Counted from the stretch's first letter, positions 21,041 through 31,145 are shown. The stretch is 64,000 nucleotides of DNA from Spirulina sp. (GCA_044070495.1 JBIPSI010000014.1:83541-147540); one strand, 5' to 3'. Notes: generated by a model from the sequence alone, not told the origin. A program made the numbers and translations.

Positions 21041-21087
21041 TTCCCATATCTTGCAATCGCCAAAATTTCTTTGCAGACCTGACCGAA

Positions 21088-22317
21088 ATGTTGAATTCCC
21101 TGCTCAATCAGACGCTCAAAAATTCCATTGCTCAGCGGTGGTTTATTGTGGCAGCGGCCATTGCGGTGACGATCTGGGGCGTGTTCACGGTGTCCCAGAT
21201 GCCGCTGGATGTGTTCCCCGAATTTGCGCCGCCCCAGGTGGATATTCGCACCGAAGCCCCTGGCCTCGCCCCGGAGGAGGTGGAAACTCAAATCACCGTG
21301 CCCATCGAAAGTGTGGTGAACGGCCTACCGGGAGTCACCACCGTGCGCTCTTCCTCCAAGGTGGGGCTGTCGATGGTGAGCGTGGTGTTTGCCCCCATCT
21401 TTAGCCTCACCGGGGTGGAAGGGCGAATCTTTGCGCCCATGGGCTTGGCCTATCTGCTCTCCATCCTGGCCTCCACCCTGGTGGCGATGACCCTCTCCCC
21501 GGCCCTGTGTGCGATTCTGCTGGCGAATCAGACCTTGCCCCAGGAAGGTACGTTTGTGTCCCGCTGGGCAGAACGGCTTTACCGTCCCCTGCTGAACCTA
21601 GCCATTCGGGCACCCCAGGTCATTTTGGCCCTGGCCCTGGCGTTGCTGGTGGCGGCGATGGCGGTGGTGCCCTCCCTGGGGCGGGTGTTTTTGCCGGAAT
21701 TTCAGGAAACTTCCCTCGTAAATTCGATGGTGCTGTTTCCGGGGGTTTCGCTGGACATTACCCAGGGGGCAGGCATTGCCTTGGCGAATTCACTCCAGGA
21801 CAACCCCCTCTATAAGTGGGTACAGGTGCGGGCGGGCCGTACCCCCGGCGATGCCGATGGGGCCGGGGTGAACATGGCCCATGTGGATATCGAACTCAGC
21901 GACCTGGCCCTGGAAGACCGAGAATCCAGCATTCAACAACTGCGGGAAGCCTTCTTGGCCCTGCCCGGTGTGGCCCCCAACGTGGGCGGGTTTATCTCCC
22001 ACCGCATGGATGAGGTGTTGTCCGGGGTGCGGAGCGCCATCGCCATCAAAATCTTTGGCCCCGATTTGGCCGAACTGCGCCGCCTGGGCGAACAGGTACG
22101 CGACACCATCGAACCCATCGAAGGCGTGGTAGACCTCCAGCTAGAGCCGCAACTGCCCATTCGTCAGGTGCAGATCCAGTACGACCGCACCGCCGCCGCC
22201 AGCTACGGCCTCACCATAGCAGCGATTTCTGAGGTGGTAGAAACGGCGCTGAACGGTCGCACCGTCTCCCAAGTCCCCGAAAAAATGCCCTCAACCTACG
22301 GCCACTCAAAGCCCTAA
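21088..22317 (+). pseudogene. CzcA/CusA/NrsA-type RND permease, internally deleted and 3'-truncated
   Basis: N-terminus LDVFPEFAPPQV...GLAPEEVE jumps at VVF to APIFSLTGVEGRIF; ends at 409 aa, whereas the family is ~1000+ aa. Confidence 0.85.
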
Positions 22318-24230
22318 TTCCTCACAAAGCCGCCCACATCGGGCCGATAGCGGGCCACAAAGCCGCCCTGGCTGTCGTAGATGGCCACCTGGCGGTTGAC
22401 TTGGTGGCTGAGGGTTGTCACCTGTTCAATCAATGCCTGGGTTTGGGGGGTGAGGGCTTGGGTAAAGCCAAAGGTGCCATCGGCGGCGGGGGGCGTGATG
22501 GCGCGGCGTAGGGATTCGGCGTAGGGCGTGGCCAGGGTAATTTGTACCTGGGTGGGGTCTTCGCGTACGGTGCAGGCACCACCCACCTCAGAACAGAGGG
22601 TGCCTAGGGTGGTGGTGAGGTTTTGAATGGCCACGGCACTGCGCAGCCGACCTTGGGCATTCAGTAATGCGGGTTCGTAGGTTTCCAGCAGCAGCGCTCC
22701 TTCCTCCGCCAGGATGGTGCCCGTCGGAATTTGCTGGGCACTGGCCACCGCCCGCTGCCAGTGGTTCACCGCCAAAGACCATTGGCCCTGGGCTTCGTAG
22801 GCTGCCGCCGCCCTGGCGGATCGAATCGCTTGGTCGTAGTTGTGGGCGCTGGCGTCTTCTAGGTGGCTTTGGTTGGTGGTGCGGTTCAGGTGTTGCTGAT
22901 ATTCCTGCATCTGGGCCTGGGCCTGATCGTAGATCAGCGTGCCCTGGGGAATAAGGGACAGCCCCTTAATCGCCGCCTGCCATTCCTTCGCCGCCAGTTG
23001 CCAGCCCGCTAGAGAATTGGCGGTTTCCATGCGCTGCTGGGCCAACAGTCCGGTTTGTAGGGCGGTGTTAAAGTTGGCTTCGGCCTCCTCTTCGGCGGTG
23101 ATGCGTCGGCCAATGGCCCTGTGGTTGGCCCGATATTCGCTGCGTTTTTTCTGGGCATAGTCGTAGGCGGGGCTGGTGTCGGACACCGTTTCCAATTGGT
23201 CAATGGCCCGCTGCCAGAGCAGATGAATGTTCACCCAGCGCTCTACAGTATGGGGTGGATTTTGGCTGAGGTTCGCCGCCTCGGTGGCCGTCGCCTGGGC
23301 CTGAAGAATAGCCTCTACGGCCCGCAGATCCTGTCGATAGCGCTGGAGGTCGGCCTGGGCGGCGTCGTAGGCCCCCGACCAGGAAGGAATGGGCGCAAGA
23401 CGATCAATGGCGTTTTGCAGATCGGTCTGAGCCACCTCCAAATCCGTCGGGCTGGGGTCGATGGCTAGGGTGGTTGCAGCCTGTTCGTAGTGGGTCTGGG
23501 CCTCCTCCAACCGTTCGCATTGCCCCACCACGCAAGGTCGAGTCAGGGCCAGGGCAAACAGCCCGCTGCCCACCAGAATCACCCCCGCTACGCCGTAGCT
23601 CCAATAGTCGCGCAACCATTCAGATAGGGTGCCCAAAACATCGGGTTTCGGGGGGGCGGGGGCCGCTGGGGGAGCATCGTTGGGATCGCCCCACAGGGCC
23701 AGGGCCAGAGAAGGTGGATCGTCAGAATCGGTTTCGGTCGAGACGAGGTCGAGGCTGGGGCGCACTGCGGTGCGCCCGTACGGGGGATTTTGGGAAGACG
23801 AAGGATCCTGGAAATGCGAAGGATCTTGGAGATCAGGAGTCTCGGCATCGGCCCCTTCAGCGGCGGCGGGAAAGAGCATGGCGGCGGTATCGGCCAAGCG
23901 CCAGGTAAAGGTGTGCATGGCGTAGGGACGGTTGGCCGTCTTGAGCTTGAGGTAAAGCCGCACGGGAATGAGGGGCTGATCCTCCCAAGGGGAATCCCCT
24001 AGGCTGATGGTGGCTAGGGCCGTGTAGATATGTTTTTCCAATGCCTTGAACAGAGCGGCGGGGTCTTTCACCTCTGGGGCACGATGTTGCCCGACCACCA
24101 GTAGACGGCCTTGATGTTCCAAGCCGTTCACCGTTAGCCCTGGGTGGGGCGATTGGGTGCGCAGTTGGATGGCCATGGCCTGGTTGAGGCTGGCCAAGCT
24201 GGCAAGGTCGGAAACGGGGGTAGAGACCAT
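22314..24230 (-). CDS. Cyanobacterial single-TM protein with W..A...L..(I/V)P...Y..AQ helical repeats
   Basis: One TM (YGVAGVILVGSGLFALAL, TRPCV) followed by repeated helical units; start MVSTP chosen. Confidence 0.75.
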   Translation of the reverse strand: MVSTPVSDLASLASLNQAMAIQLRTQSPHPGLTVNGLEHQGRLLVVGQHRAPEVKDPAALFKALEKHIYTALATISLGDSPWEDQPLIPVRLYLKLKTANRPYAMHTFTWRLADTAAMLFPAAAEGADAETPDLQDPSHFQDPSSSQNPPYGRTAVRPSLDLVSTETDSDDPPSLALALWGDPNDAPPAAPAPPKPDVLGTLSEWLRDYWSYGVAGVILVGSGLFALALTRPCVVGQCERLEEAQTHYEQAATTLAIDPSPTDLEVAQTDLQNAIDRLAPIPSWSGAYDAAQADLQRYRQDLRAVEAILQAQATATEAANLSQNPPHTVERWVNIHLLWQRAIDQLETVSDTSPAYDYAQKKRSEYRANHRAIGRRITAEEEAEANFNTALQTGLLAQQRMETANSLAGWQLAAKEWQAAIKGLSLIPQGTLIYDQAQAQMQEYQQHLNRTTNQSHLEDASAHNYDQAIRSARAAAAYEAQGQWSLAVNHWQRAVASAQQIPTGTILAEEGALLLETYEPALLNAQGRLRSAVAIQNLTTTLGTLCSEVGGACTVREDPTQVQITLATPYAESLRRAITPPAADGTFGFTQALTPQTQALIEQVTTLSHQVNRQVAIYDSQGGFVARYRPDVGGFVRN

Positions 24231-24541
24231 AGCATCACCAAAGATACAAAGGGTTAACGAACGAACCGATTCCAAAGGCAGTTATTCCGAAGGTAGCGGT
24301 TCCTAGTCATCGCGTGGCCCCATTGACGGCATCAGTCTTCTGAGTATGCTAGTGCAAGGTCACCATTCTGGGACAATCAATTCAGCGGTTGTTAACCGGG
24401 CCAAGGCCTAATCAGTGTGCCAATGCCGACAGAACGGTGCGGACTTCCGCCGTTTGCCTGCCCTATAAGCATTGGGCACAAAACGGCACTCAGCCGCATC
24501 CTAATGAGGCAATCGCTGGGGTTAACGTTGGGGAGGGTGAC

Positions 24542-25255
24542 ATGGTGATTTTGATTGTGGAGGATGAGGCCGACATCGCTCGCCTCATTCGGCTGTATCT
24601 AGAAAAAGAAGGTTTTACCTGCGAAGTGTGCGAAGACGGCGAAACCGCCCTGCGCTACCAGCAAACCCTTCAGCCGGACCTAATTATTCTAGACGTGATG
24701 CTTCCCAAGCTGGATGGCCTGGAGGTGTGCGCCCGCATTCGCCAAGGGCCAGGGGAGAAGGATCCCTACATTCTGATGTTGACCGCCAGGGGCGAGGAAC
24801 TGGATCGCATCATTGGCCTCTCCACCGGGGCCGACGATTATATGGTGAAGCCCTTCAGCCCTAGGGAACTGGTGGCCAGGGTGCGGGCCTTGCTGCGGCG
24901 TAGCTTGCGCCACGGGGCCGACTCCACCAGCCAAACCTACCAAACCGCCCACTTCACCGTCGATCTCACCCAGCGCGTAGCCCAGCGCCAGCCCCCCAAT
25001 GCCCCCCCCGAAGTGCTAGACCTCACCCCCCTAGAGTTTGACCTGCTCGCTACGTTTATGAGCTATCCAGGCCGCGTGTGGAGCCGCCAACACCTGATTG
25101 AAAAACTCTGGGGGGAAGACTTCTTTGGCGACGAACGAGTGGTGGATACCCACATTGCCCGCCTACGCAAAAAAATCGAGCCAGACTCTTCTCAACCCAC
25201 CCACGTTAAAACCGTCACCGGAGTCGGCTACCGCTTTGAGGACGACCCCAGTTAA
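24542..25255 (+). CDS. OmpR/PhoB family response regulator
   Basis: ILIVEDE, DLIILDVMLP, GADDYMVKPF, LTPLEF, RVVDTHIARLRKK, GVGYRF; GGAGG before ATG 24542. Confidence 0.95.
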   Translation: MVILIVEDEADIARLIRLYLEKEGFTCEVCEDGETALRYQQTLQPDLIILDVMLPKLDGLEVCARIRQGPGEKDPYILMLTARGEELDRIIGLSTGADDYMVKPFSPRELVARVRALLRRSLRHGADSTSQTYQTAHFTVDLTQRVAQRQPPNAPPEVLDLTPLEFDLLATFMSYPGRVWSRQHLIEKLWGEDFFGDERVVDTHIARLRKKIEPDSSQPTHVKTVTGVGYRFEDDPS

Positions 25256-25323
25256 CCCATCGTCAATCCTAAACTTCTAACCTCCAACGGCAACCCCCTC
25301 AGACCACTCATCCTCCCTTCCCC

Positions 25324-25911
25324 ATGAGACGCCAAGATCAGTTTTTCAACACCATTTACAGCATCGACAAAACCACCGATGCCTATATGATCGAAGCGGC
25401 CCTCGATGACTATGGCGACATTTTTAATGAATGGGATCCAGCCCCCTTCAAGCGTCGCGAACTCGATCCTGATCTTCAGATTTACCTAGAGGGTAGCTCC
25501 AATGAGATTTCCTTTCGCTATCCCGTAGAGTTAATTTTTAATTTACCCTCCGAGAAACGCAACGAAGTCGTCGAACAGGAAGTGCGGGTAGGATTGCGAA
25601 ACAGCTTTAATTTCAAGCTCTACGTCCTTCGCAAAGAAATTAAAACCATTAACCTTCTCACCCTACGCTATGTACTCATGGGCCTAGGCACTCTCTGGGC
25701 TGCCCAAGCCATCTCTGCCCCCGCCGAAGCCTATGCCATTACCACGGTGCTCACCGAAGGGTTATTTATTGGTGGCTGGGTATTTTTGTGGGAAGCAGTC
25801 TCGCTATTTTTCTTTTCTAACCGCGATATTTACCATCGCTATCGTACCTATCTGCGCTTGCGCGATGCCCTTGTTATTTTTCGGGAAGACATACCCGACT
25901 CTGCCCTATAG
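25324..25911 (+). CDS. Hypothetical two-TM membrane protein
   Basis: 195 aa; DIFNEWDPAPFKRRELDPDL and EGLFIGGWVFLWEAV. Confidence 0.75.
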   Translation: MRRQDQFFNTIYSIDKTTDAYMIEAALDDYGDIFNEWDPAPFKRRELDPDLQIYLEGSSNEISFRYPVELIFNLPSEKRNEVVEQEVRVGLRNSFNFKLYVLRKEIKTINLLTLRYVLMGLGTLWAAQAISAPAEAYAITTVLTEGLFIGGWVFLWEAVSLFFFSNRDIYHRYRTYLRLRDALVIFREDIPDSAL

Positions 25912-26074
25912 CCGACCCATACGTCGCCCATTTCACCGGGCCGCGCCAGCCTAGGGAATCGGGGGAAGCCAAGTAGGATTTGGTATCTGCCATGATTTAG
26001 ACCATGGTCTACACTAGGGTGACGATTAATCGTGGGAAGATTAATCCTAATCTCCATGTGATCGCAGGTGTACC

Positions 26075-27955
26075 ATGGCACATTATCAATCTTCCCGCCG
26101 GAAAGAGTCGCCTAAACCGTCCTCAACCCCTTCATCGGACTTCCTGCGATCTCGCCCCTTTGCCCCAGATAACCAAGACCAGTCCCTCGCTGTTCGCCCC
26201 GCCCCGGAAGGGCAAGCCCCCAAGTTTCCCCGATTGGTGACGTTTAATCGTCCTCAGCCCATCCAGCCCAAGCTCACCATTGGCGCACCCAACGACCGCT
26301 ACGAACAGGAAGCCGACCGCGTCGCCAGCCAGGTGGTGCAGCACATCAACGCCCCCACCATCGGCCCAGCTACCCCTTCCCAATCCCTCCAACGGGAAGA
26401 CCTGCCCGATGACGACGAACTGCAAATGAAGCCCCTGCTTCAGCGGGAGGTAGACCCCGACGACGATGACGAACTGCAAATGAAATCGGCCCTATCTGCG
26501 GGCGTTATGGAAGGGGATGTGTCCCCCGATTTAGAATCAGCCATTCAGCACGCCAGGGGCAGCGGCCAAGCCCTCGCACCCGATTTGCAAGCTAAAATGG
26601 GCCAAGCGATGGGGGCCGACTTTAGCCAGGTGCGAGTTCATACCGATAGCCAATCCGACCAACTGAACCGATCCATTCAAGCCAAAGCCTTTACCACAGG
26701 GCAAGATATTTTCTTTCGCCAAGGTGCCTATCAGCCAGGGAACCAAGGTGGACAAGAACTGATTGCCCACGAACTAACCCATGTGGTGCAGCAGGGGGGT
26801 AATCGTGGGTCTGGATCTATGGAATCGGGACGCATCGCTCGAAAACTTAGCGTCCAGAATACCCAATGGGATCAGGTTCGGCAAATTTATTCCAGTGGTA
26901 AAGGTGGCGGTGGCGTTTTGATGTTTGCCGATAAGGTGGGAGACCGCCAAATTATTGTTAAGGCTGGCGTTCAGGGAGCAGAAGAAGTCGCAACAGCGAC
27001 TCTCATGGCAGGCGTTAATAAAAGCAAAGACAAGTGGAACATTGGTACACCTGATGTCAGGGTTTTGCCCCCTAACGAAGCCGCGCAGGCCAGCGTACAA
27101 ATGCAGAAACGCATTTTCCAAGGAACCGTGAGCCATAGTGGTGATCGCGTCAGCAAGCTTTTAATGGATATGCAAAGGGGGAATATTGGCGACATGATCG
27201 TGACCTCTATGGCCCAAGGTCAAGAACTGGGCGATATGTTAACGAATTCACAAAATCAAGATCACATTACAACTGGTGATCAACGTCGGGTTAGCAATAA
27301 GGACAAGGTTAACGACGATAGTCCACTAAAATTATTTATGGACAATGATTTCATGAAAGCCCTGGGCCGCATGGCCGCCGTTGATATTTTCCTAGGCAAC
27401 TGGGATCGTCTTGCCGATAAATTTAATCCAGAAAATTTATTTGTCAAGAAAAGTTTTACCGGCGGGGGCCAAATTACAGGCATTGATAACAGTGGTGAAA
27501 TGGGAATGTTGGCGTCGCAACAGGGTGATGTCAACACTTGGTTAAATCATTCGACAGGTCTGCCACAGTTAATGGCGAATGGAGACTATATAAAAATGGC
27601 CCATATCCTCCTAGTTACGGATGATCGAGGCTATAGCGCTGGAATGTCTCCAATTTTACAAACTTTAATGGGTTCTTTGTTGGGTGTTAATACAGCCTTT
27701 GTAGACCCTTCATATGATAACAACAGTAATATTCCTCAAATTAGAACCCAAGGGGGAATGAATAATAACCCACAGGTGGTAGCCGTTCGAGATAAGTTAA
27801 ACAATCATATGGTAGAAATGTCCACCTATGTGGCTCAAGGTCTTGAACAAGGCGTAAAGCGACTTAAAAACCTGCCTCCGCTAGATCTTACGAACCTATC
27901 TAACGGAGCCTTAGCGCAGCAGAACTATGATGATCGACGGAACCACTTGCCTTAG
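26075..27955 (+). CDS. DUF4157 (eCIS-associated) protein with C-terminal atypical kinase-like domain
   Basis: QPKLTIGAPNDRYEQEADRVA; GADFSQVRVHTD...AKAFTTGQDIFF...LIAHELTHVVQQ; C-terminus with GKGGGGV, IIVK, DIFLGNWDR, NPEN, IDN. Confidence 0.85.
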   Translation: MAHYQSSRRKESPKPSSTPSSDFLRSRPFAPDNQDQSLAVRPAPEGQAPKFPRLVTFNRPQPIQPKLTIGAPNDRYEQEADRVASQVVQHINAPTIGPATPSQSLQREDLPDDDELQMKPLLQREVDPDDDDELQMKSALSAGVMEGDVSPDLESAIQHARGSGQALAPDLQAKMGQAMGADFSQVRVHTDSQSDQLNRSIQAKAFTTGQDIFFRQGAYQPGNQGGQELIAHELTHVVQQGGNRGSGSMESGRIARKLSVQNTQWDQVRQIYSSGKGGGGVLMFADKVGDRQIIVKAGVQGAEEVATATLMAGVNKSKDKWNIGTPDVRVLPPNEAAQASVQMQKRIFQGTVSHSGDRVSKLLMDMQRGNIGDMIVTSMAQGQELGDMLTNSQNQDHITTGDQRRVSNKDKVNDDSPLKLFMDNDFMKALGRMAAVDIFLGNWDRLADKFNPENLFVKKSFTGGGQITGIDNSGEMGMLASQQGDVNTWLNHSTGLPQLMANGDYIKMAHILLVTDDRGYSAGMSPILQTLMGSLLGVNTAFVDPSYDNNSNIPQIRTQGGMNNNPQVVAVRDKLNNHMVEMSTYVAQGLEQGVKRLKNLPPLDLTNLSNGALAQQNYDDRRNHLP

Positions 27956-28115
27956 GCTAGATCCTTATCAGTAGCAAGCCTTCTTGATTCCTAGGATGAG
28001 CCGGTAGATCGAAACAGGTACTTTTGCCGTGGTCTAGTCCACCCTGGGGGAAGTAAGCTACACCCCAGTCCCCCTCCTTCCTAGAAGAGGGGAACTGGAA
28101 AATCTCTTGGACAAG

Positions 28116-29843
28116 CTACCCCATCAACGCCTGTTCCGCCATGTGATCTTCAGCATGGGCGACGAAGGGGTAGCGGGCTTTTCCGGTAGAATAGACCGTG
28201 GGGTGAACGCTGCTAAAGGTGAGCGCTCCGCCGGAGAGGTTGAAGACATGATCAAAGCCGCTTTGCATTAAAATTCGGGCGGCCAGATAGCCCCGGAACC
28301 CGACACGACAATAGACAAACACAGGGGAATCGGTAGGGATTTCGCTGAGCCGATCCCGTAGGGTATTGAGGGGAATGTGGAACGCGCCAGGGATGTGCCA
28401 TTCTTCGTATTCTGCCTGGGTGCGGACATCGACGATAGTGCCCAGGTTGGTTTTTTCGGGGTAGTCTTCGGGGTACCAGGGCAGGTAGTCGCCGCGTAGG
28501 AGGTTGGCCCCCAAAAAGCCCGCCATATTGACGGCGTCTTTAGCGGAACCAAAGGGCGGCGCGTAGGAGAGTTCCAGGTGTTCTAGGTCGTAGACGGTGA
28601 GGCCAGCGCGAATCGCAACGGCTAGGACGTCAATGCGTTTGTCGATGCCGTCGAAGCCCACTACCTGGGCACCGAGGAGTTTGCCATCGTCGGGGGCAAA
28701 GAGAACCTTGAGGTGCATGGCTGTGGTGCCGGGGTAGTAGGTGGCGTGGCCGGAGGGATGCAGGTACACCTTGCGGTAGGGAATGTTGGCTTGTCGCAGC
28801 ATTCGTTCCGAGGCTCCGGTGCCGCCCCCGGCCATGTCGAACAGTTTGACGATGGCGGTGCCCTGGGTGGTGCTGTAGGTGGAATTTCGCCCGCAGATGT
28901 TGTCTGCGGCGATCCGCCCCTGGCGGTTGGCTGGCCCAGCGAGGGCGGCGAGCATGGGCTGTGCGGTGATAGTGTGCTCGGTTTCCACCATGTCGCCCAC
29001 AGCGTAGATATCGGGATCGACAGTCCGCATATGGTGATCGGTGACCAAGCCACCCCTTGGCCCCACGGGCAACCCCGCCGCCTTGGCCAATTCCGTATTG
29101 GGGCGCACCCCCACCGCCATCACCACCAGGTCAGCGGTCAGCACTTCGCCGTTGGACAGGTTGGCTTGAATTTTGCCCTCCACATCGGTGAAGGATTCTG
29201 CTGCCGTGTCCAGGTGCAGCGTCACGCCATGGTCGGCCATGTGGTACTGCAAATCCCGCGACATTTCAGCATCTAGGGTGGCCATAATCTGATCCATCAT
29301 TTCCACCACATGCACCTTGAGGCCGCGATGCACCAGGTTTTCGGCCACTTCCACGCCAATGTAGCCGCCACCGATCACAATCGCCCGCTGGGTATTTGGC
29401 CCCAGTTTGGCCATGATGGCGTCCATGTCGGGAATGTTCCGCAGCACAAAAATGCTGGGATGATCAATCCCCGGCAGGCGCGGACGAATGGGCACTGCCC
29501 CCAGGGAGAGCACCAGTTTGTCGTAGGATTCGCTGTAGGTTTCGCCTGTGTCTAAGTTGCGAACCTGAACGAGTTTAGCCTCCCGGTCAATGGCGGTGAC
29601 CTCGTGGCCCGTGCGCACATCCAGGTTTAAATTGCGCTTCAGCTTTTCCGGGGTTTGCACCAGCAGCTTTTCCCGGTCGGCAATGATACCGCTGATGTGG
29701 TACGGCAAGCCGCAATTGGCGTAGGAGACATAGCGATCTCGCTCTAGCACCACAATTTCGGCGGTTTCATCCAGCCGCCGCGTCCGCGCCGCCGTCGAAG
29801 CGCCGCCCGCCACACCACCGACTACCACCAACTTCATCGCCAT
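28116..29843 (-). CDS. CoA-disulfide reductase / persulfide reductase-like flavoprotein with rhodanese domain
   Basis: GGVAGG, SYANCGLPY, GGGYIG, YAVGD, YAPPF, rhodanese YCRVGFRG. Confidence 0.92.
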   Translation of the reverse strand: MAMKLVVVGGVAGGASTAARTRRLDETAEIVVLERDRYVSYANCGLPYHISGIIADREKLLVQTPEKLKRNLNLDVRTGHEVTAIDREAKLVQVRNLDTGETYSESYDKLVLSLGAVPIRPRLPGIDHPSIFVLRNIPDMDAIMAKLGPNTQRAIVIGGGYIGVEVAENLVHRGLKVHVVEMMDQIMATLDAEMSRDLQYHMADHGVTLHLDTAAESFTDVEGKIQANLSNGEVLTADLVVMAVGVRPNTELAKAAGLPVGPRGGLVTDHHMRTVDPDIYAVGDMVETEHTITAQPMLAALAGPANRQGRIAADNICGRNSTYSTTQGTAIVKLFDMAGGGTGASERMLRQANIPYRKVYLHPSGHATYYPGTTAMHLKVLFAPDDGKLLGAQVVGFDGIDKRIDVLAVAIRAGLTVYDLEHLELSYAPPFGSAKDAVNMAGFLGANLLRGDYLPWYPEDYPEKTNLGTIVDVRTQAEYEEWHIPGAFHIPLNTLRDRLSEIPTDSPVFVYCRVGFRGYLAARILMQSGFDHVFNLSGGALTFSSVHPTVYSTGKARYPFVAHAEDHMAEQALMG

Positions 29844-30060
29844 TGTCCTATCCTTACCGAGGGTTACACCTAGGGCTTTGCCTGGGGCCATGGAGAGCTG
29901 CCCAGCCCCTATCAACCTGGTCGATGATGGGCCAAAGCCTTACCCATCAAGCGCTTTCGGTCTGAGGTGCCCCTATTCTGCCACGAAGGTTAGCCCAAGC
30001 CGCCAAACTTTAGGATCTTCCAAGCTACGCAGCCCTTGCCCAGGGGAGATGGAGAGAGTA

Positions 30061-30498
30061 CTAGCTCGGTAGCGTGACGATTCCTAGCCAAAAGCTTTCA
30101 ATTTGTTGAATAATAGCCGCTAACTGCTGCGTATCGTTACTAGTGGTTACGTAGCAGTTGCCTTGATGGAAATAGCTTTGAAACACCGTGTCCATCTGTC
30201 CCGAGTCCGAGATGACAATCACGGGAATACGCCGCAGGTTGGCATCGCCCTTGAGATCCGTCAACATCGCTAGACTGTTTTGGTGGGGAAAATCCAGGTT
30301 CAGCAAAATGAGGTCTGGACGATGACTCGGTTGGGACACCTCTGAAGACTTCAACCACTCCAGGGCCGCCGCCCCGTTGTCTATCACCTGTAAATGGTAC
30401 TGATCCGCCTTGGCATCCAGTACCTGCCGTACCGTTGCTATTTGGTCAGCGTGGTGATTGATGACTAAGATCACGCGCTCTAGGCGATCATCCTGCAT
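30061..30498 (-). CDS. Single-domain receiver protein (Rcp1-like), degenerate active site
   Basis: RPDLILLNLDFP, LRRIPVIVIS, GNCYV; lacks the acidic pair, phospho-Asp and Lys. Confidence 0.8.
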   Translation of the reverse strand: MQDDRLERVILVINHHADQIATVRQVLDAKADQYHLQVIDNGAAALEWLKSSEVSQPSHRPDLILLNLDFPHQNSLAMLTDLKGDANLRRIPVIVISDSGQMDTVFQSYFHQGNCYVTTSNDTQQLAAIIQQIESFWLGIVTLPS

Positions 30499-30731
30499 GG
30501 TTTTGCCCCATAGCTCTGCGGCCCGAGTTCATTCTCAACATGACGAAAATATGATGAAAAACCGAGGGCTTATCCTAGCTTGCACCATAGCCCCTAAATC
30601 ACAACTCAGGCCAATTCTGCGGAAAGTTATAACGTTTTTCTTGCCCTTCCCCACGACTTATCCGGTGTGATCTTCATCTCCTTCCGGTGGTCGGGTTACA
30701 TCCCTGGGGCAGGCTAGGCTGTGGGCTAGGG

Positions 30732-30861
30732 CTAGTTGGTTGACAAAAGATTTTGCCCCGGGCGCGGCAACTGCGCCCCTACCGCCTTGGGATCATACAG
30801 GGGATAGGTCGCCCAGCCCTTTGACGGATCTGGGGTCTGGCACGTTTTGTCCGTCAACCGG
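30732..30861. mobile_element. 130-bp MITE, older degenerate copy
   Basis: Colinear with 36204-36333; ends ctagttggttgacaaaa / ttttgtccgtcaaccgg; flanks gggctaggg / gggccaggg match 8 of 9. Confidence 0.8.
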
Positions 30862-31145
30862 GGGCCAGGGTGAGGGTTTCGGCATGGCCTGGGAACGCTA
30901 GGGATATCCACGGAATATCTCTAGCTCAAGCGTCATAACATCACAATATTTTCAAGGTAATGCTAAAAACAGCGGCAACCCTTGCCCCAGCCCCAATGGA
31001 ATCGGCAAGATGACCGAAGGACGTTAGGCGGACGCGGGCTAGAAGGGCCGCCTGTCTCAGGGAAGGGGAGATTTTATTCCTCAGGTATCTATTTTGACTT
31101 AAATTCCTACCCCATAACTTTTATTCATAGAGAGGAGACCTCGCC

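Noticed and set aside
20910..21404. 164-aa ORF bridging the adaptor and RND genes
   Set aside because: It reads through the hairpin repeat and then an alternative frame of the RND gene, with no protein-like features.
24389..24541. N-terminal extension of the OmpR regulator
   Set aside because: The RBS and receiver domain start at ATG 24542.
25324..25911. Immunity gene for the DUF4157 kinase
   Set aside because: It is upstream, separated by ~160 bp and membrane-type; adjacency is the only support, so it is not claimed, though co-occurrence could be tested.
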